A stretch of 64,000 nt of DNA. Source: the human T2T-CHM13v2.0 reference genome, Homo sapiens. The stretch lies in the NCBI RefSeq assembly GCF_009914755.1, contig NC_060934.1. One strand, written 5' to 3'. A model generated the notes under the pieces. It saw only the letters and a list, made by a program, of their open reading frames with translations. It made no database searches and had not been told where the DNA came from. This document shows, piece after piece, positions 27,233-39,992 of this stretch. A program made the translations under genes and the position numbers. The first letter of the stretch is position 1, and every line of letters starts with the position of its first letter.

Positions 27233-27963
27233 TGTAAGTGCCCAATGAGTTCACCTTGCCCATTGCCTAGACAGAGCCCATTTATCAAGACAGGGGAATT
27301 GCAATGGAGAAAGAGTAATTCACACAGAGCAGGCTGTGTGGGAGATGGGGAGTTTTATCGTTACTCAAATCAGTCTCCCTGAGCATGCACGGATCAGAGT
27401 TTTTAAAGATAATTTGGCAGGTAGGGGCTTGGGAAGTGGAGAGTGCTGATTGGTCAGGTTGGAGATGGAATCACAGGGGGTCGAAGTTAGGTTTTCTTAA
27501 TGTTTTCTGTTCCTGGGTGCAATAGCAGAACTCCTTGGGCCAAATTACCGGTCTAGGTGGTGTCAGCTGATCCATCAAGTGTAAGGTCTGCAAAATATCT
27601 CAAGCACTGATCTTAGGTTTTACAATAGTGATGTTATCCCCAGGAGAAATTTGGGGATGTTCAGACTGTTGGAGCCAGAGGCTGCAAGACCCCTAAATTG
27701 TAATTTCTACTCTTGTAGCTAATTTGTTAGTCCTGCAAAGGCAGACTGGACCCCAGGCAAGAAGGGGGTCTTTTCGGGAAAGGGCTGTTATCAGTTTTGT
27801 TCAGAATCAAACCATGAACTGAATTCCTTCCCAAAGTTAATTCAGCCTACACTCAGGAATGAACAAGGACAGTTTAAGGATTACAAGCAAGATGGAGTCG
27901 GTTAGGTGTGATCTCTCTCACTGTCATAATTTCCTCAGTTATAATTTTGCAATGGCGGCTTCA
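27233..27963 (-). mobile_element. LTR8A/LTR8B-type ERV1 solo LTR
   Basis: ~730 bp with TG...CA ends; cagttataattttgcaa..gcgg.ttca and gagtcggttagg motifs; perfect 4-bp TSD CATA. Confidence 0.85.
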
Positions 27964-28334
27964 CATACACAAACATACACACAATGTCAAGAAAAAACAA
28001 TACAGAAAGAAAAGCTCACCTCAACAGGCCCAAATTTCAGTAACATAAAACTCATATTATCTAACAGAATAAATATAAAAATTCATGTAACATTTCTTAC
28101 ATTATAGGGCAACATTTGAAACTGGAAGATGTTTTAGAGACTATCTTGACCACCCCTTGAATTTTCTTGTTGAGGAACTTGAAGTTTAGAGGGGAAAAAT
28201 GTTTTCAAAAGAGTCGGGATAATGTTAGCCTGTGTCAGCACTAACATCTGACTAACAAGTCAGATTGCTGACACTGGCCCATGCTCACACCTTAATAATA
28301 ATGACAATTTAATGACAATGGGACTAATTACTAA

Positions 28335-28560
28335 TAAATTTGAGTATTTTCTATGTGCTAGGCACTTCACATGCATTAGCTCATTTATATTTTCCAAATC
28401 TCTTGTGAGTTAGATTTTATTAGCATACCTACTTTAAAGGTGAAGGAACTGCAGCTCAGAAAGTTAAACTTCACTAAGGCTGCATGTTTAGTTGATGGCA
28501 AAGCTGAGTTTAGAAGCCAAACTGACCGTAAAATCTGGGTTCTTAACGACTATGCAGTAT
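28335..28560 (-). mobile_element. MIR SINE
   Basis: ctatgtgctaggcact..acatgcatta.ctcattta and gaactg..gctcaga.agttaa core. Confidence 0.65.
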
Positions 28561-29169
28561 ATAAACACCCTTTTCATGTATAAACATGAAAAGATGCTAA
28601 TGCCTACACAACACAACCACAAACACATACACACACTTACAGAAATCACTAAAAATAGGAGATTCTTGGCTACTTTTTTTCTAATTTTTAGTAAAGTGTT
28701 ATTTTAATTTAGTTCCCTTAGGACATTTTTATGACCTTTTAATTCTTGTCTCCTTAAGCTTTTACCGACATCTAAGAAAGAATACCATTTCACTGGCTGG
28801 AACCACTATCTTTTTAATTAGTACAGGTGGCAAACCAGATTACGATGCTAGTTAGCAACAACAGCTACATTATCTTTACATTAGTGCACTTTCATTGCAG
28901 TTTAGCTCTTTTAAAATCTCAGAATTGCTGTCTCAGTTAATATTTTTTATCTAAGCAGTCACGACAGTTATCAAATCCATCTCACTAGATTAAAACTTTG
29001 CAAGTTTTATAATTGATACATTACTATAAATAGGAAAATCAAATGCTTTAGGGGTAGATCCTGAAAGACAAAAAAATTTTCTAGAAAGCACAATTTCTGA
29101 TCCTGAAGAAAAATGTATATCTTACTGTTTTTCTATATTTATGTCTTCTAAGCCATGTTTGTTGGAATA

Positions 29170-29385
29170 GAAAGGAAACTACTATGAGACAGAGGCTTTG
29201 TATAATCATTTCTTTTCATTCTTCCAACAGTGTTACCAGGTAAGTATTATTACCCACATTTGCCAGGTAGTTTGTGGGAAATAGAGGCTCAGAGAGAATA
29301 AGTAAGTTGCCAACTTAGTAAATGGTGAATCTAGATTTGAATCCAGATTTTCTCTGACCTAAATGCTCATTTCACTCTAACACAC
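29170..29385 (-). mobile_element. MIR SINE fragment
   Basis: aggtaagtattattaccc, gaggctcagagag, gatttgaatccag. Confidence 0.6.
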
Positions 29386-30449
29386 TACAGCCAGGAGAGA
29401 ACCCACTTCAGTATGAGTGTTACAGTTCATGTCTGTTCAGAGTGCATATTAGTGGCTGTAGCTTTCATTGAATCTGTATAAATCCCATTCCCCAATATCA
29501 GTCTCCAAAGAAATATCTGAACTCCAGAAATCCTAACAAGTGGTAGAGGTGGGGAGGAGGTGCAGGAGGTCATGAGTAGAATGCCAAAAAGCCTTTAATC
29601 TAAGGCAATTTCACATATAAGCTTCAGACAAAGCTAAAAGCATCTCTAATCTTAAAGGCACTTACAAAAGGTCATTTTAAAGTTGTCAGTTTCCTGTTTG
29701 TGAGGTCCTCAGAAATAAGAATTCATCAGTGGTGACCATGACAACAAACCTTCTTCCCATCAAAGCCTCCCCACACCTCTGCTCAGCGATTAGCCGAGTA
29801 GAAAGGAGATACGGACTTACCATATTTCTAAAGATCAGTCTTTCAGACTAGCTTTGGTTTGAAATTTTAAGGACTATATGAATTTCTAATTATAGACTTT
29901 TTAAGTAAATCATTGTTAAGGCTTAACAGGCACAAATTACTCACATCTTTATGACAAAGGAATTCCAAGTAACAAATCATTTTTAAGTCATCATAAAGCT
30001 AAGTGTATTCAAAATTACATTTGCTTAAGGAAAACAATTTAATTCAAGCGAGGTATTTTGACATGGAGATTTTTGTCCTTTGGATATGTACATCTGTAAT
30101 TACAAATATTTAAATAAGCTTTCATGACCATTATGTCCATCTCCTAAAACCATGAAAAGGACACTCATGAAGGGAAACATGTCTTGCTCACAGTAGAAAG
30201 TACAGGAGAAACTGCTTGTTCCTCCTTGATTCCAGTTATTTGCCTGAGCCTTCTTAGCTATCTATATCTATGTCCTCAGCCTCCACCCACCAGCTCAATT
30301 TGGAATGAGATCACTGAAAGGTTCATCTTCACTTTGAAGTGGAGCCCATACCAACTGCCATATGAGTCCCCAGGCCCACGTGTCCACATTTCTCCTAAGC
30401 ACCATCTTTCAACTCTGGGCTCTTTTTAATCTCTTGAAGAGCAATTTAA

Positions 30450-30870
30450 AAAATACATATTAGCTGTTGAAATATATATTTGTCATAACAATTCTATTTT
30501 ATAGATTTCTCCTAAGAAAATATTCGGTGATGACTATATTCAAAGATGTAATTACAAGGATGCTCCTCTGTGGGTTATTTTTAATTTCCAACAATAAGTG
30601 ATGGTTTAATCATTCAAAATGAGTTTGTTTAATCATTCAAAATGAGGTTGTAGATGTCCATGGCATAATGTCATTGAAAACCACAGTTTAAAAGAGTATA
30701 CTTGATCCCATCTTTGTGAACGTACACAGCTATACACGAGCACACACAGGCACACACACAACATATCAACAATGTACATCATGGGAATATAGATGTATTC
30801 CATATTTTTCTTTTTTTCATATGTAGTTTTTATTGTTTTCTATGATAAATTTTGTAATAAACAATGATTC
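30450..30870 (+). mobile_element. Degenerate L1ME 3' fragment
   Basis: caattcta.tttatag.attt.tcctaagaaaata..acaaggatgctc pattern of old L1 3'UTRs. Confidence 0.45.
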
Positions 30871-30959
30871 ATTTTTAATGTTTTTAGTTCTGTATAAAAG
30901 ATGAAAGAAAGAGCATAGAAACAAGAATAAAAATGAGATGAATGAAACATTTCACCTCC

Positions 30960-31155
30960 TCCAGGCCATTCTCAAATGCCACCTAACTGATGCCGTCTGT
31001 TTAAAATTACAACCTCCACCCTTGACAAGTCTACTCCTTACTTTATTTATCTCCATAGCACTTTCTGCCATCTATTATATCATATATTTTAATTGTTTAC
31101 TTTGGTTTTGTCTGTTCTCATACAATGTCAGCTCCTTGAGGGCAAGAACTTTGTT
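30960..31155 (+). mobile_element. L2 3' fragment
   Basis: ttatctccatagcact...aatgtcagctccttgagggcaag. Confidence 0.55.
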
Positions 31156-31189
31156 CCAGAGAAGTGACTATCCCTACACATTTGATGCG

Positions 31190-31222
31190 AAAGAGAGAGA
31201 GAGAGAGAGAAGAGAGAAAGAA

Positions 31223-31292
<70 letters not shown>

Positions 31293-31325
31293 AGAGAGAG
31301 AAGGAAGGAAGGAAGGAAGGAAGGA
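31190..31325. repeat. Compound (GA)n(GAAA)n(GGAA)n polypurine STR
   Basis: ~135-bp pure purine tract on + strand. Confidence 0.95.
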
Positions 31326-31922
31326 TCTGTTGACTATGACTATAAAGGAATAGCTCAGGCCAGTACCAAATATCAAGAATGTTAGACTCACTAATGATCA
31401 AGGCTTATAAAAATGTTTAGAACAACATAAAAGAAGTAACAAGGAGAGTTAAACTATATTCTGAGCAAGAAGATGAAAATGTGATAGACCACTGATTAAA
31501 ACAATACAGGGTTAGATACAAAAAAAATAATAGTTCTCCCCCTTACTACTTTGCTTTTCTCTACTTTAAAGCATGACAGTCTGTGAAAAAAGGCTGAACT
31601 AGTGCTGCCGTAAGGACACTGAAGTGAGAAGGATATAAAAGACCTCTTAGTTGCTTTACGTGAGATACAGCCTAGGTGACCCTATCACCGCTTCTAGGAG
31701 GACTTTCATCTGCTGTAGACACCTACAACACGCTATGCTGTCTTGGTGTAAAATCACAATTTATTGTAATTAATTACCACTCAGAAGGTAAAACCTTTGA
31801 GCATAAGCATTATATTCTATTCATTGTTGATGTCTCAGTGCCTATCCTAGCACAAAGTCCTCAGTAAATACATGTTTTATTAATTACTTAACTACAAATC
31901 AGGGTACTGAGAAAACTTGTAA

Positions 31923-32249
<327 letters not shown>

Positions 32250-32439
32250 ATGCTAACAAAACTTTAAAACTCACATAGAATTAGACAAGTAACAAAAGAT
32301 AGAGAGTAGACAATTATCCGATTTTACAAAAGTAGAACAAATATTTAGCAAATCATTCACTGATATTTTATTGTTGATCTCAGGCCAAATTCTATACTGA
32401 ATAATTAAACAGAGACTTTGTAAGTCCTTCAGAAAATAA

Positions 32440-32600
32440 GCTGTGATCAATAGGTACTGTCACAGGTTCACTCAGGAATATTTTTGCCCCATCAGCCAGA
32501 TTTTCTTCTTGACTAGGGTTAGTAGATATTTTACAGAACCATCAGAAACTTTTGATTTCTGCAAAAGCATTGAACAACAGCTCACATAATATCTATGTTT
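32440..32600 (+). mobile_element. Possible L3/CR1 RT fragment
   Basis: ggttcact..ttgact.gggtta..gatttc.gcaa.gcatt resembles CR1 RT nucleotide motifs (DF.KAFD region). Confidence 0.4.
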
Positions 32601-33364
32601 ACAGTGTCTTGTACATAACAGATGCTTGATAAAAGTAGATTGGGCAAGTGCTTATAAAGATTATTAGTGGAATCATTTCCACTCAACATTTTTCATGATG
32701 TTTTTTCTTTCTTTTATTGATCCATGCTTTTCCTCTACTCTGGGGTATTTACTTTTTCTCACCTTCCAGATCTGCCAATCTTTTCTTGAAAAAGTTATCC
32801 CAGGTGTCTCATATAACTCTATTTAATTACAGGATTTAAGAATTTATTTATATAAACGACTGGAAAACATGGAAGCTTGATTTCACCTATCAATTTTGCT
32901 TTGGGAAGACAGACGGGTCAAGGGAAAGTGATGAAACAGGTGCTAGAGGTCACTGATGGATCTGAATTTTCTTGTATTTTCTCTGACGTTCCTTCAGGCT
33001 CAAACTTTACTTGCTTTCCCATTGCCCTTTTGCTATCCTGGTATATGCATAAAAAGAATATCAATGTGATAGATGTGTTACTCTAAGATGTTGAGGGTTG
33101 AATGCTCTATCACTATGACATCATTCTATTAAAGGAGAAGGTAGTGGATAATTTTTTATTTATATGTGGTAACTGCCATATAAAGGCATTAGACACCAAG
33201 GTGCAGTCACACAAACTTGAATTTACTTCCTCCAACTCTCTGATACATATGGATGCTCTGAGTACAGGTATGCATGCACACACATACACACATACAGCTT
33301 TCACACTTACAAAATGATGCAGAAAACCCTGCATGAATTTTCTTTCCCTTGGATATGCATGCTC

Positions 33365-33500
33365 ATGTAGAAAAGCACTTGACTGGGAGTTAAGAGGCCT
33401 GAATTCTTATCTTGTCTCTACCATTAGCAAATTATATAATTGTGAGTGAGTCATTTTCCTCCCTGAACTTTAGTTTTCTCATAAAATAAATGAGGTTTGG
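33365..33500 (+). mobile_element. MIR SINE fragment
   Basis: gaaaagcact.gactgggagt.a.gag.cctg, ctgaac.ttagttttctcat. Confidence 0.6.
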
Positions 33501-34050
33501 TAGAGGAAATTAAGTGTTTACAAAGTTGTTGGAAGGGCTGAAGGAAAAGACTCCTGGCCAGTGTCTCGCAATGTCTCTAAAACAACACAGAACTGGCCCC
33601 CTAAGGAAAGTTCTACCCCTGAGGCCACCATGGCTGGCCTAGGTCTGGAGCTATCCATTCACCGAGAAGCAGCCTATGAACACTGCCAAGCTGGCAAATG
33701 GACACCCGAATCAGCAATCCAGAGATTAGCATCAGGTTAAGAAATGGCCACTACACCCACTAATTATTGGCATCTAGAAGACTGAAAAATGAACACTAAA
33801 ATCTGCTGTTCACTAAAATCACATCCTTGCTGGCTAGCACTGACAATCAGGACAACAGGCAAGAGGCTTCTTCCTCTATTTTTCCTTTAAATCCCATGCA
33901 AGTGCATCTCATCAGTAAAATTTGTGTCACATTCAGATCCTTCGTTGCATGGAAATCTTGATAATATAGTTTTTAGCACTTTCTAGCCTCTGTGATACAG
34001 ATGAGAATATAGAACAGATTAAGACTGGATGCTAAATGCTGAAAAATAAT
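33500..34050. mobile_element. Old MaLR (MLT1L/M/N-like) LTR remnant
   Basis: aatatagtttttagc..tttctagcctctg motif; heavily diverged. Confidence 0.3.
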
Positions 34051-34224
34051 GTTTAGAAGTAATATGTTCTGAAAATAGAAAAAGCTGCTTCAGGATCTAG
34101 AGAGTTCCCATCAATGGAGATGGACAAAGCAGAAACCAGATAATCTATTTTCAGAAATGTTGTAAATGAGACTGATTTTGAATAGTAATTTGCAGTTCTT
34201 GTTGCATATTTCAGTCCTCTGATG

Positions 34225-34335
34225 CTATTCCCAAAGATTCTTTTTCAGTGGGCCTGTGGTAGGTCCCAGGAATCTGTAATGTTACAATTCCCCCAAGTGA
34301 TTGTGAGATATAGCTGTACTTAAAGAACCACTTGA
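34225..34335. mobile_element. MER5-like hAT-Charlie fragment
   Basis: agattct..ttcagt.gg.ctg.ggt.gg.cccaggaatctg...gaaccact. Confidence 0.6.
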
Positions 34336-34883
34336 CTATAATGTCAAACATCATCTCCAGCCCTGTTTATTTATGACTCCTCAATTCTAGATCTTTAGGA
34401 CCATGCAACTGTATGTGCCACACACATTCCTAGTACAAGGAGCCAAATGTTGTCTTCAGTCGAACACAGATTTTTTAAGAAACTCTAGGGTATAAACTGG
34501 TCTATTATTCTGTTTATTATATTATTTTTAAAAGGAATCTGTTTACCAACTATTCTGCAGTAACAAAAAATAGCTCCAAGGAGATTCTAACTGAAGGCAT
34601 GCTTTCACATGAAGAATTTATGACTACAGTGTCCTGAGGTAATTTATTTTTTCCTGTGGAGGATTTCCAGGCCGATACAATAAGACAAGAATGCTGAACA
34701 CCTGCTATATAAAAGACATTTTAAGGTTTTGTTTATGAACTTAGTTCATGTTGAAGATGTCTGCAGATTTATCTCCTGCACGAGTATCAAATCCAATGCT
34801 CTTGTATGCTTGCCCTTGAAGGGTTGGTAAATGTTTGGCCGAATAGAACATCATTTATAAACAGGTTTTATTACTGGACTTAC

Positions 34884-35015
34884 AGTTGGTCAGTTACCCC
34901 AAATGATTATTCTATACAATTTACATCTAAAGTCCAGATTTGTTACACTAGGAGGAATGTCAGGATTTATGTTGGGATTGCAGGTCTTGGTACAGAAGAC
35001 GTAGCTTGAAGGTCC
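34884..35015 (-). ncRNA. Candidate exon (internal 132 nt, or terminal) of an unidentified non-coding transcript
   Basis: Minus strand: ctctctgttacataacAG|GGACC acceptor, ACT|GTAAGT donor, AATAAA at 34872-34867; unique sequence; prediction only. Confidence 0.35.
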
Positions 35016-35598
35016 CTGTTATGTAACAGAGAGATTTCCATTTTAGCAGGAAAACATGCAGTTGATCTGCTATTAGGAACTGAGGATCTTAAGGGAACCC
35101 ACAAATAGAAAATCTGGCTTTGGTCAATAGCATGCTTATACTTTGGGAGGGGTATTGAGAGAGATAGGCCTATAACTGCCTTTTTGCAACTATATTTACT
35201 TTAATTTTCTTCATCATATATCCACCCAAGGCCAGTTTTATATTCTGAGGGTAAAATACATTTCAGATTTTTTAAAAAGCCATGGTTCATTAGTGCTTGG
35301 TGCTTGACAGTATAAGGTTGTATACTCTATACACATAAAATAAAATTATAAGAATTAACTATACAAATGTATGGCAGAAACCACATCTAACTCTGCATCC
35401 GGCTACTGACAGTTTTCTTTTTTGTTCCAGTTTCTTTAGGCTACAGTCATATCCTAATGATGACTGTCTTATTGCCCTATTTTTTTTTAGAATTTTTCAA
35501 AATATATGAACCAAATGTAATACTATGTCATATCAAATTTTAGATCAAAATTATTAGGATGCCAAGTAAATAAAAGAGGAGGAAAAGAGTTTATCCAA

Positions 35599-36091
35599 TA
35601 TGGTGAGCAGAGTAATAGCCCTGAAATATGCCCATACCCTAATTCCAGGAACATGTGAATGAGTATATCTCACATGGCAAATGAAATGTGAAGATGTGAT
35701 TAAGGGTATGGATGTGCAATGGGGAATTACCCTAAATTATACAGTGGTCCCAATCTCTTCACATGAGTCCTTAAAATCCATAACCTTTCCCAGCTGCCTT
35801 GGTTAGAAATATACTATATTGGAAGTGCTCAATCTGCCATTGCTAGCTTTGAAGATAAAGGAAAGGAGCCACAATCCAAGAAACGCAGGCCTTTCCCTAG
35901 AAAATGTAAAAGGCAAGGAAATGGATTATTCTTTAGAAACTCCAAAAAGGACGTCCTGCCAACATCTTGATTTTAGCTGACAGAGGCGTGTGTTGGATTT
36001 CTGCCCTACAGAACTGCATAGTAATGCATTTGTATTGTTAAGCCACTAAGTTTGTAGTAACTTGTTTCAACAGCCATAAAAAACTAATAGA
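35599..36091 (+). mobile_element. MLT1D/E-like solo LTR
   Basis: atgtgaat..cacatggcaaa..agatgtgattaagg; taagccactaagtttg; aaaactaata end. Confidence 0.8.
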
Positions 36092-36379
36092 TTCAAAACC
36101 TTTTATCTCCATGATTGTTCCTGGTCTCATCAGAGCAGCAGAGGCTAATAACTTCCCAATAATAGTCAATAAAGTAATTTCACATTTTAAAGGAAGTTTA
36201 GCTATAGAGGAAGGACATAGAGTTTGAAGTTGAAGACAAGACTCAATGAACAAGTAGCAATGTGACCTTGAGAAAAACCTCAAGTTTTCTGAGGCTTAAT
36301 TTCATCTAAGCCTTGCTTACCTTGCAGAATAGTTGAACATGTCATATTTATAAGGGGATATAAAATCCTTTGTATATTA

Positions 36380-36740
36380 TAGGTTAAGTATCCCTAATCC
36401 AAACATACAAAATCTAAAATGTTCCAAAATCCAGAACATGTTCAGCGCTGACATGATGTCACAAGCAGAAGATTCCACACCTGACCTCATGTGATGAATT
36501 GCCATCAGAATGTAGCCAAAACTTTGTTTCATGCACAAAGTTACTTAAAACACTGTATAAAATTCTCTTCAGGCTATGTGTATAAGGTGTATATGAAATA
36601 TGAATGAACTTTGTGGTTAGGCTTGGGTTCCATTCCCAAGATATCTCATTACATATATGTAACTATTCCAAAATCTAGAAGAATCTGAAATCTAAAATGC
36701 TTCTGGTTCCAATCATTTCAGACAAGGGATACTCAACCTC
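36380..36740. mobile_element. Tigger4b (Zombi/MER46 group) DNA transposon
   Basis: TIRs taggttaagtatccct ... agggatactcaacctc, TA on both flanks, ~360 bp. Confidence 0.85.
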
Positions 36741-36829
36741 TATTCTCTATAAACAATCATATTGCCCATTAATTTTTTCTCCAACAAAATATGTATTTAA
36801 GTTAAAGACTGGCCAAATTTTTAATTTAG

Positions 36830-37369
36830 GATCTTCAAGGTGGAAAATATCCCTCCAGTGATTAGGAAAGACACAAGAAGACAATAAAGATTTTATCACT
36901 CACACATCTTGGGTGGGGAGTGTGGTACACAGCACACCTGAAGACTACACATACACAGGTTAAGCAGAACAGGCAGGGAGAAATAGGAACTGTGGGCCAA
37001 AGCCTTTGTTGAGGCTAGGCCATTATCCAAACAGGGGAGTTTTAATTGGTGGGTTTAAAGCAAGTAGGCATGAGTTCCAAGAGGTCACGCTGGGACAGAG
37101 AGGTAGTCACTATGGCATAACTGCACAGCTTTAGGGATGTGGAAGTCAGAAGGTTACTCAAGTAGGTTTATCTAGCTGTCCCAGAAAGAAGTAGTCATCA
37201 GAAAGTGATAAGGCAGATATCTGGATTGGCCACATAGAGGAAATGGGAAGAGGTGTAGAACTGAAAACTGTGTGTCAATGGTGACTGAACCCTGCTTTTG
37301 GTATGGAGAAGTTCAACTTATATTTAAAATGGATGCCAGGACAACATAAAATTATAAAAACGTATTACA
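36830..37369 (-). mobile_element. ERVL solo LTR of the MER74/LTR53 group
   Basis: Ends aaaatggatgcc.gg.caacataaaattataa..taca, the reverse complement of the recalled MER74/LTR53 start. Confidence 0.6.
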
Positions 37370-37374
37370 CAAAC

Positions 37375-37980
37375 TGATGGCAGACATTATTCATTGTCTC
37401 CCAAATGTTCTTTCTTCTTTTCTGCTCTTATAGAAAAATCACCCAAGTTTTATCTTAAAACATGGCAATCCAGCCACAGACTCCATCTTCCAGGGTCATT
37501 TGCAGCCAGGGATTATTAAGTTCTAACCAATGGGACATGAGTGGCAACTGAAGTGTGCAAATCCCAGATGATGGCTTCAAGAAGATGTTACTTTCTACTT
37601 CTTCTTGTCCTGTTCCCACAGGCTAGAGTGGCTGTAGTGGCAGAGTCAGCCCTCTCTAAGGGAGATCACTGGGCTGGGGCAGGGCTAGCAATGACACCTA
37701 TTCATTTACTTATTGTCTATAGCAAAATCAGCATTGAGTTATTGGGACAAAAATCATATGACCTGCCAAGACTAAGATATTTACTCTTAGCCCTTTACAA
37801 ATAAAGTTTATTTGTACCTCCCTTAGGCAACTGGAGATCAAGAAAAGAAATAAAATCTGGGTCTCTGGACAACCTCCTGGAGCAGAGATATTCTTCCCTG
37901 CTAACTACCTACCAGCTTGGACTTTCAAGTGAGCTAGAGATAAACTTTATACATTGTTTATTCATCTATTACATTGGGCA
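37375..37980 (+). mobile_element. Old ERVL/MaLR LTR (LTR16/LTR33/MLT1J-like) with nested MER58-like fragment (~37690-37825)
   Basis: ggcagaca..., ttgcagc.agg..taagttct..ccaatggga; nested attcatttac.tattgtctat and atatttact.t..gccctttaca. Confidence 0.45.
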
Positions 37981-38014
37981 TTATAAAATAGAAACATTAA
38001 TAGAAACAATGATG

Positions 38015-38275
38015 ATGATAACAGCTAGCGCTTTTATGGTGCTTATTATGTTATAGGGCTCTCCTATGGGTATGTAAGATTTGTACACACACAAATTTAA
38101 TTCCCTGATAACTCTATGAGGTAAGTACTATTTTTTATTCCCACTTGGCAGATGACAAAACTGAGGCCAAGCAATTAAGTAACTTTTCCAAAGGCATACC
38201 AAATAGGAGATAGAGCCAGGGTTTGGACCCTAGCCATTTGGCACCTACATCTCTGCCCTTAACCATATATTATAT
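38015..38275 (-). mobile_element. MIR SINE
   Basis: ctatgaggtaagtacta, cagatga.aaaactgaggc, ttaagtaactt. Confidence 0.75.
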
Positions 38276-38966
38276 TGCCTCTTAGTAGACTACATGTTTT
38301 ATTTTGACTCTGAACAAATTAGTCAACACTCCTCAAATTCATTTTACCAGGAGACCTATTAGAAACAATAGCTTAACCCCAAAATATTGACAGATGGTGG
38401 GTTCGAGTTAGAAAAATAAATAGCAATTTATTTTAATATCCTTTTTAGTTTATATCTCATCTTCAGACTTTTTATCTTCAGACTCCAATTGCCTAAATTC
38501 AATATTTTAATTAAGCATAGCAATAGTCCTAGTTAAATTAGGGCAATAGAGAACCTATTTGGAAATGAAAACAAAGGGAAAATAAGATAAATGTTCAAAG
38601 AAATGAAATGAAGCCCGAGATTTCATGAGAAAAGGCAGGGTGTGGGAAGGGGAGCTAATGAATGTATAACCTAAAATCAAGTACTTAATATGCTATAGAA
38701 ACTAGGCAGAATGCTTCACCTCCATAGCTACCTGCAAGACATTCTTAAAGTTAGAATCCAAAGTTCAGGAAAATTGAGCTAGTTGCTCAGGGTCACAGAA
38801 CTAGTCAATGAAACTCAAGTCTTTGTTACCTCAAGACAAGCTCCTTTACACTAGAATACCTCAAAGAGAACAAACAAAAACCAATTACACCCCTGCCCCC
38901 CGCCAAAAATAAGAACCTTAGTGATTTCAGGCAAGAAAAGGTTTAAGAATGAGGTGAATTACTTAC

Positions 38967-39039
38967 AGCTTCTGTAGATGATCTGGCAGGTATTGCAGAA
39001 GGCTGTGATGCACAGGACTGCCTAAGGCTAATCAAGTGT
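38967..39039 (-). ncRNA. Candidate 73-nt internal exon
   Basis: Minus strand: ~20-nt pyrimidine tract ttttttttttctctctctcatAG acceptor and GCT|GTAAGT donor in unique sequence; prediction only. Confidence 0.5.
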
Positions 39040-39992
39040 CTATGAGAGAGAGAAAAAAAAAATTCATAAATGGTGATGCAAGCAAAATCGGTTAAAGTTC
39101 ATAGCCCCATAATAGGTACCAACCAGATCACGAAAAAGAGAAGTTATATCTGTGAAGAAATTGTTAAGCATTCAAGAAATTCTCTCCCCAGTTGGCATAA
39201 CTATTTTCACTCCCGAGGAGAAGATTAGTTTCTAATAAGCTCTTCATTATTGATTCCTCTGAGCCTTGAAGTTGCCCTAAAGACGGAGAATACTGATAGG
39301 TTGAGCCCTATTACAGTTGGGAGGTTAAATGCAAGCACTGTGGTTTTCTCAGTCAACTCATTAAAAAGAAATGACCTGTAGAATTAATTCACAGTAAAAT
39401 GTTATCCCCTAGTTCCATATTTTCCAGAATTAGTCAGTAAGGAGAGATAAACATTATTATCCCTCAAAAATGAATTGGTATCATGGACTCAAAGTTGGAA
39501 AGGCCTTTTGGAAATCATTTATTCATTTTATAGATGAGAAACCAAATTATTCAAAGACATGGGTGGCATTATGCTTTCCTTGTTCTTAAAGTATGACATG
39601 AGTCTCTGTTGCCAAGCATATTTCAAAGCTTATCACATGATTATATACCCTCTGGAGTTGATCTTGTTTGAGCCATGGATCATTATTCAGAAATATTCAG
39701 AAGGAAAGACACGTGTATAATACACACAAAAGTCATCTTCTCCAGAAGTGAACAGAATGGATATTCTTGGTATCTGCTTGGTGTGGTTAAATAACAGAAA
39801 GTGGTATAGAGCAATATGGGGCAATAAGTGGCAAGATATAACTGTATAATAAAGTATAACCTCATTATGTGTGGCTTTGTAGACAATAAACTAGAGGTTG
39901 GCTTTTTAATGCAGTTCAGGTCACCAGAGGAGTTTGGCAGGGGTATGACATGGCTGATTTTAATCATTTATCCTTTCATTCATTTTATATCG

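Noticed and set aside
30938-31401. ORFs with KKERKKER or SFFLSFFL repeats (up to 131 aa)
   Set aside because: Translations of the (GAAA)n STR, which lacks stop codons
34884-39039. Protein-coding interpretation of the two candidate exons; frames stay open across the putative junction, e.g. SPVHHSLLQYLPDHLQKL-DLQATSSVPRPAIPT*
   Set aside because: No recognisable protein family and no supported upstream start codon; would need tBLASTn, PhyloCSF or ribosome profiling
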